Shown piece after piece: positions 21,562-31,614 of a stretch of 64,000 nucleotides of DNA. The DNA comes from Oligoflexales bacterium (GTDB lineage Bacteria > Bdellovibrionota_B > Oligoflexia > Oligoflexales > CAIYRB01). The position numbers and the translations under genes were made by a program. The notes under the pieces were generated by a model, which made no database searches, was not told the DNA's origin, and was given only the letters and a program-made list of their open reading frames with translations. Location: assembly GCA_041736175.1 (NCBI GenBank), contig JBGSUI010000059.1, positions 71,871 to 135,870 on the forward strand. The letters run 5' to 3'. Within the stretch, counting starts at the first letter, position 1. Every line of letters begins with the position of its first letter.

Positions 21562-22704
21562 TTAGCCTAAATTCGGGGGTACAGGATTCGTATCATCGGA
21601 GGTGTCGATACCACGCGCGAGCTTGGCAAGGATGCCTATGCTCAATAGACTGACAAGAAGTGAGCTACTACCGGACGAAATAAAAGGCAGAGCCATTCCC
21701 TTTGTAGGTAGAATTCCCACCGCAACTCCCATATTCAACAGCACCTGAAAAGTCAACATAGAGGTTAGACCAAAGCTAAGGAACTTCCGAAAGTTAATAG
21801 TCTGTAATCGAGTAATATAAAATCCTATTGTTGCCAGACAAATAAATGCAGCTATAAGGGACATGAGACCTATAAGTCCTAACTCTTCGGTCACGACGGC
21901 AACGATAAAATCAGTGTGCGCCTCAGGAAGAAAAAAGAGTTTCTGTTTCGATTCACCCAATCCAGAGCCAAAAAAGCCGCCATTTGCGAACGCAACAAAA
22001 CTTTGAATGATCTGAAATCCGTGCCCCTGAGCCTGAGACCAAGGATCCAAAAAACTGACCAATCTCGTCCATCGATAGGGCTCTAGAGCGACAGCTGCAA
22101 AAAAGGCCCCAGCAACACCGAGACTTAGGGCCGTTAAATAAGGTATAGGAATCCCGGCAACAATTAACATTGAAAGGGCAGCACATATCAGGAGCATAGG
22201 AGTTCCAAGGTCTTTTTGGATGAGTAATAAGCCGACTATAAGACTTAAGATAATGAAATTTGGGAGGATCCCTCTCAAAAAGTCATGGATCTTATTTGCA
22301 GGTCTGCTGAGATTTTTTGCGAGAAAAAGAACAAATACGATTTTGGTGAGTTCGCCTGGCTGGCCGCCAATATAAGGGATATTGAGCCACCGAGAGGCTC
22401 CTCCTACCTTATGATAGGCTCCAGGTACAAAAATTAAAGCTAAAAGGAAGAAAATAATCAGTAGGCTAGGAAGCACGGCTCGTTCAATGTATTTAAAAGG
22501 AACGATCAGAATGATCCAGACTAGAAAATAGCCGAGACAGGCGTTTAGAAACTGCTTCTTTACGAAAAAAAATTCGTCGTTGAATAACTGAGCGCCCTTA
22601 AGAGAGCTCGAAGCGTAAATGGCTATAAATCCAAATGAAGTGAGTAGAAGGCTGATAAGTAGTAACAGGTTACCTAGATGATTCCCTGTTTTGTGTTCTA
22701 CCAA
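21562..22704 (-). CDS. ftsW: SEDS peptidoglycan glycosyltransferase FtsW
   Basis: GASRW, QPGELTK, LPEAHTDF, PTKGMALPFIS. Confidence 0.96.
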   Translation of the reverse strand: MVEHKTGNHLGNLLLLISLLLTSFGFIAIYASSSLKGAQLFNDEFFFVKKQFLNACLGYFLVWIILIVPFKYIERAVLPSLLIIFFLLALIFVPGAYHKVGGASRWLNIPYIGGQPGELTKIVFVLFLAKNLSRPANKIHDFLRGILPNFIILSLIVGLLLIQKDLGTPMLLICAALSMLIVAGIPIPYLTALSLGVAGAFFAAVALEPYRWTRLVSFLDPWSQAQGHGFQIIQSFVAFANGGFFGSGLGESKQKLFFLPEAHTDFIVAVVTEELGLIGLMSLIAAFICLATIGFYITRLQTINFRKFLSFGLTSMLTFQVLLNMGVAVGILPTKGMALPFISSGSSSLLVSLLSIGILAKLARGIDTSDDTNPVPPNLG

Positions 22705-22736
22705 GAGGAGGATCCTTATTTGGAGTGCGCTGGATA

Positions 22737-24035
22737 CTATGAATTTCCCTCCATTAAGATTATCTGATCTGAAAAAAATTGACCACGCTGTTCATAGTTT
22801 TCGAATTCGTCAAAACTCGCGCACCCAGGAGAAAAAAGAACAGGGTATTGATGCTGTAAAATGAGGGCTTTCAAAGCTGATACAGCTTCTTTAAGGCTTC
22901 TAAAGCAATAACGATGTCTAACTGTGGAAAGCTCATCGTAGATGACCTGTCCAGAAGAACCAAAAGCTACCAGCGCGCCGATTTTTTGCGTTTGATCTAA
23001 AATAGGGGTATAGGGTTCGCCCTTTCCCTGACCTCCCATAAAAAGGATTACTGGGCTGCTACAACCTTTTAAGGCGGCTAGAGTCGAATCTACATTGGTC
23101 GATTTGCTGTCATTAGTGACTTCAACACCAAAAAAAGATCCAATTTTTTGGCATCTATAGGGTAAACCGGTAAAATCCTGTAACGACGAACTTATCTCCT
23201 TGTCGCTATAACCGGTTAAGAAGGCGACGCTTGTAGCGGCAAAACAGAAGTTGAGAATATTGTGAGGAGACCTAAGATGAGAGGGAGTCAAATCCTTATA
23301 GACCGAGGAGCTAGGTTCTATGACCTTGATGTTTGAGATAGGTTCTATTTGATACTTGCGACATAAATCTAAAACCTCTGGTGTGACGTAACCAATACCT
23401 TTAGGGATGAGTGTCGCGAAAATCGACCATTTTGCCCGAAAATAGGTTTCTAAAGTTCCATGACGGCCTAAATGGTCGAAAGAAAAATTACTAAAAATGG
23501 CTACTTTGGAACTTTTAAATCGAGATATTTCTAATTGATAGGAAGATAGTTCAAGAATCAGATAATCGGGAGACCTGTTTTCGGCAAGCATTTTAGAGGG
23601 TGGATCCCCAAAGTTCCCTCCAGGAAGTGCGTTATGCCCGAGGTTTTTTAAGGAGTGGGCGATCATGGCACAAATGGTGCTCTTTCCGTTAGTCCCTGTA
23701 ACTGCCACGGTCGTTCCCGAATACTCAGCCATGGCAAGATCTATTTCCGAAAAAATAGGTATTTTTCGGTGCTTGGATAGGGCGATAAGGGGGTGTGACT
23801 CAGGAACCCCAGGCGAACAGATCATAACATCGCACTGTTCAAGGTGAGCGTCACTATGACCACCTTCAAAAATTTCAGCACCAATCTTTATAAACTGATC
23901 TCTTAGTCGGGGGAGGATTTTTTTGCCATCACTGACCCTTATTAAAGTGCAGCGCTTGGCTAATAACTGGGCCGCCCCTAGACCAGAGATGCCGCCGCCA
24001 ATGATTAGGGCCCTTTTGTAGTATTTTTGAGTCAT
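22737..24035 (-). CDS. murD: UDP-MurNAc-L-Ala--D-Glu ligase
   Basis: GTNGKST, ELSSYQLE, NDSKSTN, SPGCASFDEF. Confidence 0.96.
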   Translation of the reverse strand: MTQKYYKRALIIGGGISGLGAAQLLAKRCTLIRVSDGKKILPRLRDQFIKIGAEIFEGGHSDAHLEQCDVMICSPGVPESHPLIALSKHRKIPIFSEIDLAMAEYSGTTVAVTGTNGKSTICAMIAHSLKNLGHNALPGGNFGDPPSKMLAENRSPDYLILELSSYQLEISRFKSSKVAIFSNFSFDHLGRHGTLETYFRAKWSIFATLIPKGIGYVTPEVLDLCRKYQIEPISNIKVIEPSSSVYKDLTPSHLRSPHNILNFCFAATSVAFLTGYSDKEISSSLQDFTGLPYRCQKIGSFFGVEVTNDSKSTNVDSTLAALKGCSSPVILFMGGQGKGEPYTPILDQTQKIGALVAFGSSGQVIYDELSTVRHRYCFRSLKEAVSALKALILQHQYPVLFSPGCASFDEFENYEQRGQFFSDQIILMEGNS

Positions 24036-24045
24036 TCAAATCATC

Positions 24046-25467
24046 TCATTTTAATTTTTGTAATAGTTCCACTATTCGGTCCAACCGTATCCCTCTAGAA
24101 GCTTTTACATAAATCAAGGGTTGTGTGCAATTCCACGGGAGTTTTGCTGATTGTATAGTACCTAACAAATCTTCAACTCTGTCATAGCAAAAAACTTGAT
24201 TGGCTTTAATGGGAGATTCAAGAGCACCCTGTTTGAAGTCAATAGCATGGGAACCAATAAGGTGGAGTTGCGAAGGACCTAATAATCCAGCAAGTTGTCC
24301 TATGCGTTTATGTTCTGAGATGGCCAATTCTCCAAGCTCCAGCATGTCACCTAAGAAAAGTACCAGGGGGCGCTGAGAGCCCAAGTTTTTTAGACTCTCT
24401 AATCCGGCTGCCATGCTGTTTGGATTGGCATTGTAAGAGTCATCAATAAGCACAAATTCAGAATAAGTAGAGATCTGAAACCGCCCTTTGACACCCGAGA
24501 AATTTTGAAGACTTGTGGCAATATTAGCAGGAGGAAGTCCACAGGCTAATCCCATGGCAAAAGCAGCAGCACTATTAATTCCCATGATGTTGTGAATTGA
24601 ATTCATGGTAATGGGATAGGTCTGATTTTGGTAGTATATGTCGAACTTGATTTTTAAAGATTGGAAATCAACAGCAATAGGCCCCAAACGAACCTTGGAC
24701 TGAGGGTGGGTGCCAAATGTTATGGATGGGTTGCTTGATTTAAGGGCCTCTCTTAGAATGAGGGGATCATCATAGGGAACTACCTGAGTGCCGCCATCGC
24801 GGAGATGTCTAAATATTTCAAGTTTTGTATCTCGAAGCTTTTCAACAGAACCAAAGACACCGATATGAGCCATCCCAGCATTTAGGAGACAGGTGATATC
24901 TGGGGCCCCAATTTCGACCAATTCTCTTATATTTCCAGGGAATCGAGCGCCAAATTCTAAAACAGCGTATCGATGCTCTGGTTTTAAACTCAGGAGTGTT
25001 TTAGGGACGCCGATTTCATTATTGTAGTTGCTTTCTGTCGCTAATGTAGACCCATGGTCTCGCAGAATTTTCGCTAGGATCTCCTTGGTCGTGGTTTTGC
25101 CGTTGGACCCCGTTATAGCAACGAGCCGCAGATCAGGGAGGGATCTTCGCCACCCAGAGGCGATTTTTTGGTAACAAATAAGTGTATTTTTTACCTGGAT
25201 TCCCAAAATCCGTAATTTAGCATCAACCTGACCCTCCTCCTGATATAAAAAACCGGAAGCACCCTTGGCGATGATATCGTCAATATACTGATGACCATCA
25301 AAGTGAGGGCCTTTCAAAGGTACGAACCATTGTCCAGGTTCGAGGGTACGGGAGTCTGTAGACCAAAGAGAAGGGTGGGGGGCTTGTGAGCTTAATTTTT
25401 GGATAGAATGGGGGTCAACGAGCTGGTTTCCTAACCAGGTTTCATATAATTTCCACGTGATGTCCAT
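24046..25467 (-). CDS. murF: UDP-MurNAc-tripeptide--D-Ala-D-Ala ligase
   Basis: GSNGKTTTKE, NNEIGVP, DDSYNANP, GDMLELG, KASRG. Confidence 0.96.
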   Translation of the reverse strand: MDITWKLYETWLGNQLVDPHSIQKLSSQAPHPSLWSTDSRTLEPGQWFVPLKGPHFDGHQYIDDIIAKGASGFLYQEEGQVDAKLRILGIQVKNTLICYQKIASGWRRSLPDLRLVAITGSNGKTTTKEILAKILRDHGSTLATESNYNNEIGVPKTLLSLKPEHRYAVLEFGARFPGNIRELVEIGAPDITCLLNAGMAHIGVFGSVEKLRDTKLEIFRHLRDGGTQVVPYDDPLILREALKSSNPSITFGTHPQSKVRLGPIAVDFQSLKIKFDIYYQNQTYPITMNSIHNIMGINSAAAFAMGLACGLPPANIATSLQNFSGVKGRFQISTYSEFVLIDDSYNANPNSMAAGLESLKNLGSQRPLVLFLGDMLELGELAISEHKRIGQLAGLLGPSQLHLIGSHAIDFKQGALESPIKANQVFCYDRVEDLLGTIQSAKLPWNCTQPLIYVKASRGIRLDRIVELLQKLK

Positions 25468-25475
25468 AAATCCTC

Positions 25476-27110
25476 CTAGGCCAAAATAACGAGTTTCTCA
25501 AGGGCTTCCGCGGCAACGATGCGATCATCAAAAAACAACTTGTCTTTACCAATGATTTGGTACGTTTCATGTCCTTTTCCGGCGATAAGGACTGTGCCTG
25601 GTGGGTCCAGGGTTAAACTGTACTCTAGTGCTTGGTAAATCGCGACTTTTCGATCGGGTTCGTAGATTAGTTTGTCAGCAAGGCTAGACGGAATTCCACT
25701 GCGGATAGAATTCATAATTTCGAGGGGCTCTTCGCTCCGAGGATTGTCAGATGTGACGTATACTTTGTGAGAGTGTTCAGCAGCGATTAACCCCATTATA
25801 GGGCGTTTTCCAGGGTCTCGGTCGCCGCCACATCCAAAGACTAAAATGACGGGGCCAGAGGCAATGCTTTTGACAATTGTAAGAGTCTTAAGTAAGGCAT
25901 CGGGGGTGTGGGCATAATCAACAAGACAAAAGGGTGCCTTGTCTTTTAGAGTCGTCATGGACACAGGCTCTAATCTGCCAGGGATCGGAGGTAGTCGTTT
26001 TAGAGAAGAAGCGTCTGGAAAAACGCCCTTGAGCGTAAAAAAAGCAAGAATTGCTGCACAAAGATTTTCTAAGGCGTGTGGAGCAAATAAAGGTGTCCAT
26101 GCAGTAAAATCGGTTTGATTTTGACCAGGATTTTCTGGATCTTGTAGCCTTATGGTCATCTGACTTCCCTCCAAGCATTGCCTGCTTATTTTGAGATGGC
26201 AGAGTAAACCTATGAGAAAGTTTGTCTGATTTCCCTGTCGAGGAACGTTCTGAGAGCTGTAAAAAATAATACCTTTGTCTTTGGGAAGTCGTTCAGGGAG
26301 TTCAGCAATTTCGTGGTTTATGATCATAGTGCCAGAAGCCTGCAAATGCTCATTGAAGAGTAGGCATTTTGCAGCTAGATATTCCTCCATGGTCTTGTGA
26401 TAGTCCAGGTGGTCTCGAGAAAAACTGGTAAAAATACCTATACAAAATCTAATACAACAAACCTTTTTTTGAGCAAGACTATGGGACGAAACCTCCATAA
26501 CAACATGAGTAACACCCCTTTTTAGGGCTAAATCGAGTAGCCAAAATAATTGGTCAGGGTCAGGTGTCGTATGAGTGGTCGCGACAAAACTATCTAGAAA
26601 ATAGGCGCCTAGGGTTCCGATCGATAAACAGGGAATTTTGTGATAATCGAGTAAACTTTTGATGAGCCAGACAGTGGATGTTTTACCGTTTGTACCAGTG
26701 ACTCCAATCATATTGAGTTTATCTTGTGGGTTGCCGAAGGCCTCAGCGCATAGGGCAGTCCAGGCGTGTCGACAATCGCTCACCTGAAAATAGAGGAGCT
26801 CAGAATTCGAAGTCAGCGAGATAGGAATGGATTCGACTACAAAGACACGGGTATCCTTTGTAAGCACATCATCAATAAATTGGTGCCCATCAAAACTCAG
26901 TCCCGGAATAGCAACAAAAAGAGTGTGTGGTCCGCATTTCCTCGAGTCTGTTTGTATCGTAAGGAGAGTTGATCTGGAGTCAGAGGAAGATGGTATTAAG
27001 TAAGAGGTTTTTTTAAGGATTCCGCTTTTATTTAAGATCGTTACAACATCTTTAAGATGAACTTTAGCGTTGCTATTTAAATGCGAAAGTTCGTTAGAAT
27101 TATTAGTCAA
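25476..27110 (-). CDS. murE: UDP-MurNAc-dipeptide--meso-DAP ligase
   Basis: GTNGKTS, MEVSSH, DYAHTPD, DNPR (meso-DAP type), AGKGHE. Probable TTG start at 27110; the ORF track start at 27203 overlaps ftsI. Confidence 0.95.
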   Translation of the reverse strand: MTNNSNELSHLNSNAKVHLKDVVTILNKSGILKKTSYLIPSSSDSRSTLLTIQTDSRKCGPHTLFVAIPGLSFDGHQFIDDVLTKDTRVFVVESIPISLTSNSELLYFQVSDCRHAWTALCAEAFGNPQDKLNMIGVTGTNGKTSTVWLIKSLLDYHKIPCLSIGTLGAYFLDSFVATTHTTPDPDQLFWLLDLALKRGVTHVVMEVSSHSLAQKKVCCIRFCIGIFTSFSRDHLDYHKTMEEYLAAKCLLFNEHLQASGTMIINHEIAELPERLPKDKGIIFYSSQNVPRQGNQTNFLIGLLCHLKISRQCLEGSQMTIRLQDPENPGQNQTDFTAWTPLFAPHALENLCAAILAFFTLKGVFPDASSLKRLPPIPGRLEPVSMTTLKDKAPFCLVDYAHTPDALLKTLTIVKSIASGPVILVFGCGGDRDPGKRPIMGLIAAEHSHKVYVTSDNPRSEEPLEIMNSIRSGIPSSLADKLIYEPDRKVAIYQALEYSLTLDPPGTVLIAGKGHETYQIIGKDKLFFDDRIVAAEALEKLVILA

Positions 27111-27147
27111 AAGACCCCCACCTTTCTTTCCCACGCTGACGAATTTG

Positions 27148-28977
27148 CTAGAGTCGCTTAGGCGAAGTCGTCCGCTTATCTGATAGGGTTGCTTTTGGAT
27201 CAAATAGGGTCAGATCCGGTGCAACATTAAGATATTTTAGACTTCTTTCGGCAATCGCTGAAAAAATCGGTGCCGCCCAGGTGCCACCATAATAGGGTTT
27301 TTCCCTTGGTTCATCTACATAAACATAAATAACCAAAGATGGGTCTTCGACAGGTGCAAATCCAATAAAACTGGCAATGTATTTGTCCTTCGCGTAGCCC
27401 TTTACACCAGGGATCACCTTTTGGGCCGTGCCGGTTTTTCCCCCAGTCGAGTAAGAGCGGGTTTTAGCTTTAGAGCCGGTACCGTTAGGGTGGGTGACCA
27501 CTTGCGCCAAGATAGAGCGAAGGTCTTTAGCCGTCTTAGGTGATATAATTTGTCCCAACGAAGTCACTGCAGCACTTTTAATAATCTGTCCATTTGATGA
27601 AACTAGACGATTGATCAGTTGGGGTTGCATCAACCGTCCGCCATTTGCTATGACTCCAAGTGCCTGAACTAATTCGATCCCCGACACGACAAAACCGTGT
27701 CCAAAGGACACATTAGCAAATCGAATGGGTTTCCATTGAGTCCAATCAGGGATTCGCCCTGTCATTTGTCCAGGAAATCCGAGGCTCATCTCTTTTCGGC
27801 CAAGACCAAAACTCACGAGAGAGCTCGAGGTGAGTTCGCGGCCCAACTTGGCAGCTATTTTATAGGTGCAGATATTGCTGGAAGATATCAGTGTTTCTGC
27901 CACACTTAAAGTCTCCGAGGGATGCGTATCATGGATCACTGATTCTCCGACTTTGTAGGAGCCATTTTCGCAGTTGAGTAGTTCCTCAGGTCGGATGATG
28001 CCACGATCAAGCGCGGTAGCGATGACCAGAGGCTTTACCACAGACCCTGGTTCGAATAAATCAGCTAAAGCACTGTTTCTAAGTGACATTTGTGAGACTG
28101 GCAGGTGGCGTTCATTAGGGTCAAAGTTAGGGTGGCTAGCCATAGCAAGGATATTACCCGTGTGGGGATCTGATACAATAGCAAAACCTCGCACCGCTTT
28201 TGCTCTTTGGAGTCCAAGCTCGAGTTCATGGGCGGTAATTTCTTGGATCGCTCGGTCAAGGGTTAAATGAAGATCATGGCCGGTTCGTAGAGGGGCCGCA
28301 CCTGATTTTTCTTCGTAGATAAACTTTCCATGGGCATCGATGGTTGTGGAGAGTTTAAGTCTCTCGCCTCTCAAGTCGTTATTGAACTGCTGTTCTAGAC
28401 CGAGCAGTCCAGAATTATCAAAACCAGTGATCCCAAGTATATTAGCAGATGCAGCACCCGTAGGGTAAAATCGAGAGGGTTCTCGAATAATATAGAGACC
28501 CTGGATGGAAAGTTGTTGAACCTCGGAAGCTATTTTAGGATCGACAAGTCGCTTTAGCCAGACAAAATAGCGATTCTTTTTGGACTTAATGATCCTCATT
28601 TGAGATTGTTTGATATGAAGTAATCGCGATAGAGTTTTTAATTCGTTTTTAGTAGGGGTGAATACTCGAGGATTAATAGCAATCGATGGAATTTGTATAC
28701 TGATAGCCAAAGGGTCGCCACGGCGATCAAAGATCCCGCCTCTTGAAGGGGCTAAAATGAAATCACGCTGGTATTGTTTGTCAGCGATTTTTGCCAGCTC
28801 CCTATGATTTGTAGATAAGAAGAGCAAAAAAATGGCACGTACTAAAATTATTAAAAAACCGAGATAGAGAACTGCTTGGATCCCTAAAGCTCTTCGATCA
28901 TAAAATGATCCAGGAGGGATTTTGGATTTTGGCCTAAAGAAATTTAAAAATTCAAATCTAATTTTCAATGATGTCAC
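27148..28977 (-). CDS. ftsI: Class B penicillin-binding protein FtsI/PBP3
   Basis: RGGIFDRRG, SVVK (SxxK), SSN, KTGTAQK. Confidence 0.95.
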   Translation of the reverse strand: MTSLKIRFEFLNFFRPKSKIPPGSFYDRRALGIQAVLYLGFLIILVRAIFLLFLSTNHRELAKIADKQYQRDFILAPSRGGIFDRRGDPLAISIQIPSIAINPRVFTPTKNELKTLSRLLHIKQSQMRIIKSKKNRYFVWLKRLVDPKIASEVQQLSIQGLYIIREPSRFYPTGAASANILGITGFDNSGLLGLEQQFNNDLRGERLKLSTTIDAHGKFIYEEKSGAAPLRTGHDLHLTLDRAIQEITAHELELGLQRAKAVRGFAIVSDPHTGNILAMASHPNFDPNERHLPVSQMSLRNSALADLFEPGSVVKPLVIATALDRGIIRPEELLNCENGSYKVGESVIHDTHPSETLSVAETLISSSNICTYKIAAKLGRELTSSSLVSFGLGRKEMSLGFPGQMTGRIPDWTQWKPIRFANVSFGHGFVVSGIELVQALGVIANGGRLMQPQLINRLVSSNGQIIKSAAVTSLGQIISPKTAKDLRSILAQVVTHPNGTGSKAKTRSYSTGGKTGTAQKVIPGVKGYAKDKYIASFIGFAPVEDPSLVIYVYVDEPREKPYYGGTWAAPIFSAIAERSLKYLNVAPDLTLFDPKATLSDKRTTSPKRL

Positions 28978-29078
28978 TCATACTGAAGGAGTAAAGTCTC
29001 GTTACCTTCAATATAACCCATATTTGCCATTTTATGGAGGTGATTAAAATGGGTCAGAGTGTCCCCATATGCTTGCAA

Positions 29079-29369
29079 CTATTTGAGAGCGACCTGGTTT
29101 TGAAGGACAACAGGGCTTAGATCTTTAGTCTGTATCATCATTTTTAGGTATTTAAGTGAAGAAACTTTAGCTAATAGCATATTTAGTTCGCCATTCCGTT
29201 CTTTAAGCTCAAGTTCTTCCTTTTTAACTCGTCCTATTTCATAGCCGATCATGGTTGTCTTGACTCTTAAATGGATTCTTAAAAGCGAAAAACCTACTAA
29301 GAACATCGCAATAGAAATGGCGCAAATTCGAGTTTTTTTTGAGAACCGAATCACCATAATTTTCTCCAA
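29079..29369 (-). CDS. ftsL: FtsL-like cell division protein
   Basis: Small protein with one TM and a coiled coil, between rsmH and ftsI. Confidence 0.7.
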   Translation of the reverse strand: MEKIMVIRFSKKTRICAISIAMFLVGFSLLRIHLRVKTTMIGYEIGRVKKEELELKERNGELNMLLAKVSSLKYLKMMIQTKDLSPVVLQNQVALK

Positions 29370-29376
29370 GATAGTT

Positions 29377-30357
29377 TTAGGATTTTATAAATACTCTCAA
29401 TTTGGCACTACGGGAACGAGGATTGGAAGCTATTTCTTTGGTATTAGGAATGATGGGAAATGGTCTGAGGATCACACCTTTAGATTTAGTAAGTGCGTTG
29501 ATTTCATCTGAATTAAAGGGAAGATCTCGGGGGAGATTTTGAAGCGTGTTCTTTCCAGATAGCTCTCTATATGATTCTTTCACAATTCGGTCTTCAAGGG
29601 AATGAAAGGTGATAATCGCCAAACGCCCATTGGGCTTTAATAAATCAATAGAATTCGCAATAAGTTCTTTAAGCTCATCTAATTCCCTATTAACGTAAAT
29701 CCTTAGTGCTTGAAATACGCGGGTGGCAGGATGTTTTTTGGAAGGCTTTTTATAAGATGAAATCGCCTTAATAAAATTGGCTAATTCGAGAGTGGTCATA
29801 AAAGGTGTTTCCACACGCTTTTCAACGATTCGGGAAGCGTATTTTCGTGATAGAGGCTCCTCTCCGTAGTTCCTGAAAATATCCTCTAAAAGTTCAACTG
29901 GGGCAAAATTAATAACAGAGTAAGCAGTCGGAAAATCGAAATCAGGGTGGGATTTCTGGTCCATCCGCATATTAAGAGGTCCCTCAGTCATAAACGAAAA
30001 TCCTCTATCTGGTGTATCTAGCTGCATACTTGAAACGCCAATATCAGCGAGAATAGCGTCTACTTTACGATCCTTAAGATCTGGTTGAGAAGCAACAAGG
30101 CTCTTGATATTTGAAAACGGCGCGTTAAATAAGCGAAGCTGGCCAGAGTTAACAGAATTAGCAAGATGTTTTTTAACGAGATTAAGTGCCGAAGGATCTT
30201 GGTCAAATCCCAGTACTAAACCCTGGTCACCTATATGAGTGAGTATTTCTCGAGTGTGACCGCCACCACCTAAAGTGCAATCACAGACTAAAGATCCGGA
30301 TGACAAGTTAAGGGCCTCAATTGTTTCTTCAAGTAGAACACTTTTATGGTAAATCAT
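29377..30357 (-). CDS. rsmH: 16S rRNA m4C1402 methyltransferase RsmH (MraW)
   Basis: DCTLGGGGH, DIGVSSMQLD, FHSLEDRIVK, NPRSRSAKLR. Confidence 0.97.
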   Translation of the reverse strand: MIYHKSVLLEETIEALNLSSGSLVCDCTLGGGGHTREILTHIGDQGLVLGFDQDPSALNLVKKHLANSVNSGQLRLFNAPFSNIKSLVASQPDLKDRKVDAILADIGVSSMQLDTPDRGFSFMTEGPLNMRMDQKSHPDFDFPTAYSVINFAPVELLEDIFRNYGEEPLSRKYASRIVEKRVETPFMTTLELANFIKAISSYKKPSKKHPATRVFQALRIYVNRELDELKELIANSIDLLKPNGRLAIITFHSLEDRIVKESYRELSGKNTLQNLPRDLPFNSDEINALTKSKGVILRPFPIIPNTKEIASNPRSRSAKLRVFIKS

Positions 30358-30465
30358 AGAAAAGTAAGGCCCCTTTCAGTATCAGAGCTGCTTCTTTTGA
30401 ACAGTTTTCACTTCAGATTAGGGGAAGTAGCAGAGTTTAAGCATCATACACAAGCTTTAATGATG

Positions 30466-31308
30466 TTATCGAGGATGATTTCTAAACTCTTGCGGGGATA
30501 CCGCAAGGGTGAGCAGTAGGGTAAAGGGGATGATAAGAAACTGATTTCCAAAGGGATTCGAAAAACTCCAAATGATGAGCGAAGGAATTGGGAGTGCAAA
30601 TAGCAAGGGAGGATATGGACCAAAAATCCCTATTGAGATCCAAAACATGAGGATAAAGGCGAATAGCAAAATGGCATGATACTTGGGCATCGCATAACGC
30701 AAGACTTCCTGGGAGTAGATCAAGAAATTGGTGATTTGCGAACTACATTTAAAGAGGGAAAATAGGCTTAATAACATTAGAAAAAACAGAGTACCTTTTC
30801 TGAGTGTTGAAGGTTCTAAAATGGGTTTACGATAGGCTCTTGGGTAGATCCAAGGTAATCGATCTGCAAACAAAGCAAGTGTAGCAAGGCTGCTGACTAA
30901 AAGACATATACCCAAGAATATTGGGTTATCTTTGCCAAAGATCGCAAGCTGACTTAAAGTTCTAAAACTAAGGTAGCCGACGAGGCCTAGACAAACAAGG
31001 AAAGCCCCAGGCGTAAAAATCAATAAACATAGTAAAAGTATGAGAACCACTTCGATGGGGGAAAGTAAAGGCGCAAAGATAAAGTATGAATTGGAATCTG
31101 GGCTGCTGGAAATGATATTTAGACCGAGTATTGTGAATACAAGAAGAGCGGCAGCAATTGCTAGCCACTTGGACCAAGTCACCATTCCTATGCGTAAAGC
31201 ACTCCGATAGGAAGCATGGCTTGCTTGACCATGTTGCAGAAGTGCAAATGATATCAGCGAAACCAAAGCAGAAGCGACGACAAAACTCAACATAAACAGC
31301 TCCAACAC
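30466..31308 (-). CDS. Hypothetical polytopic membrane protein
   Basis: 280-aa ORF with many hydrophobic segments; no recognised family. Confidence 0.7.
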   Translation of the reverse strand: MLELFMLSFVVASALVSLISFALLQHGQASHASYRSALRIGMVTWSKWLAIAAALLVFTILGLNIISSSPDSNSYFIFAPLLSPIEVVLILLLCLLIFTPGAFLVCLGLVGYLSFRTLSQLAIFGKDNPIFLGICLLVSSLATLALFADRLPWIYPRAYRKPILEPSTLRKGTLFFLMLLSLFSLFKCSSQITNFLIYSQEVLRYAMPKYHAILLFAFILMFWISIGIFGPYPPLLFALPIPSLIIWSFSNPFGNQFLIIPFTLLLTLAVSPQEFRNHPR

Positions 31309-31614
31309 GAGAGACCCCCTAACGCATTATGCAAAAGCGGGGCCATATATCGTCTAAACAAAAAAGATACATCCATAGAGGTCTATCTGCATAAAAGAAT
31401 GATGCATCAAGCCTATTCACAGTGTAGAGTGATTTATCACCTGACTAATCATTTTTAAAAAAGTCCATTTAAAGACTCGTGTCCACGGTATCTTAGGGAA
31501 CCAATTGCCTCTTGAGGTTTAAGGGATCCTGGGATGTAATAAATTAAGGGTCACTTCTTTTCAGCCGATGGTCGGTTGTGGAAGTAACTTTAATTTATTT
31601 AGTAGGAGGAAGAG

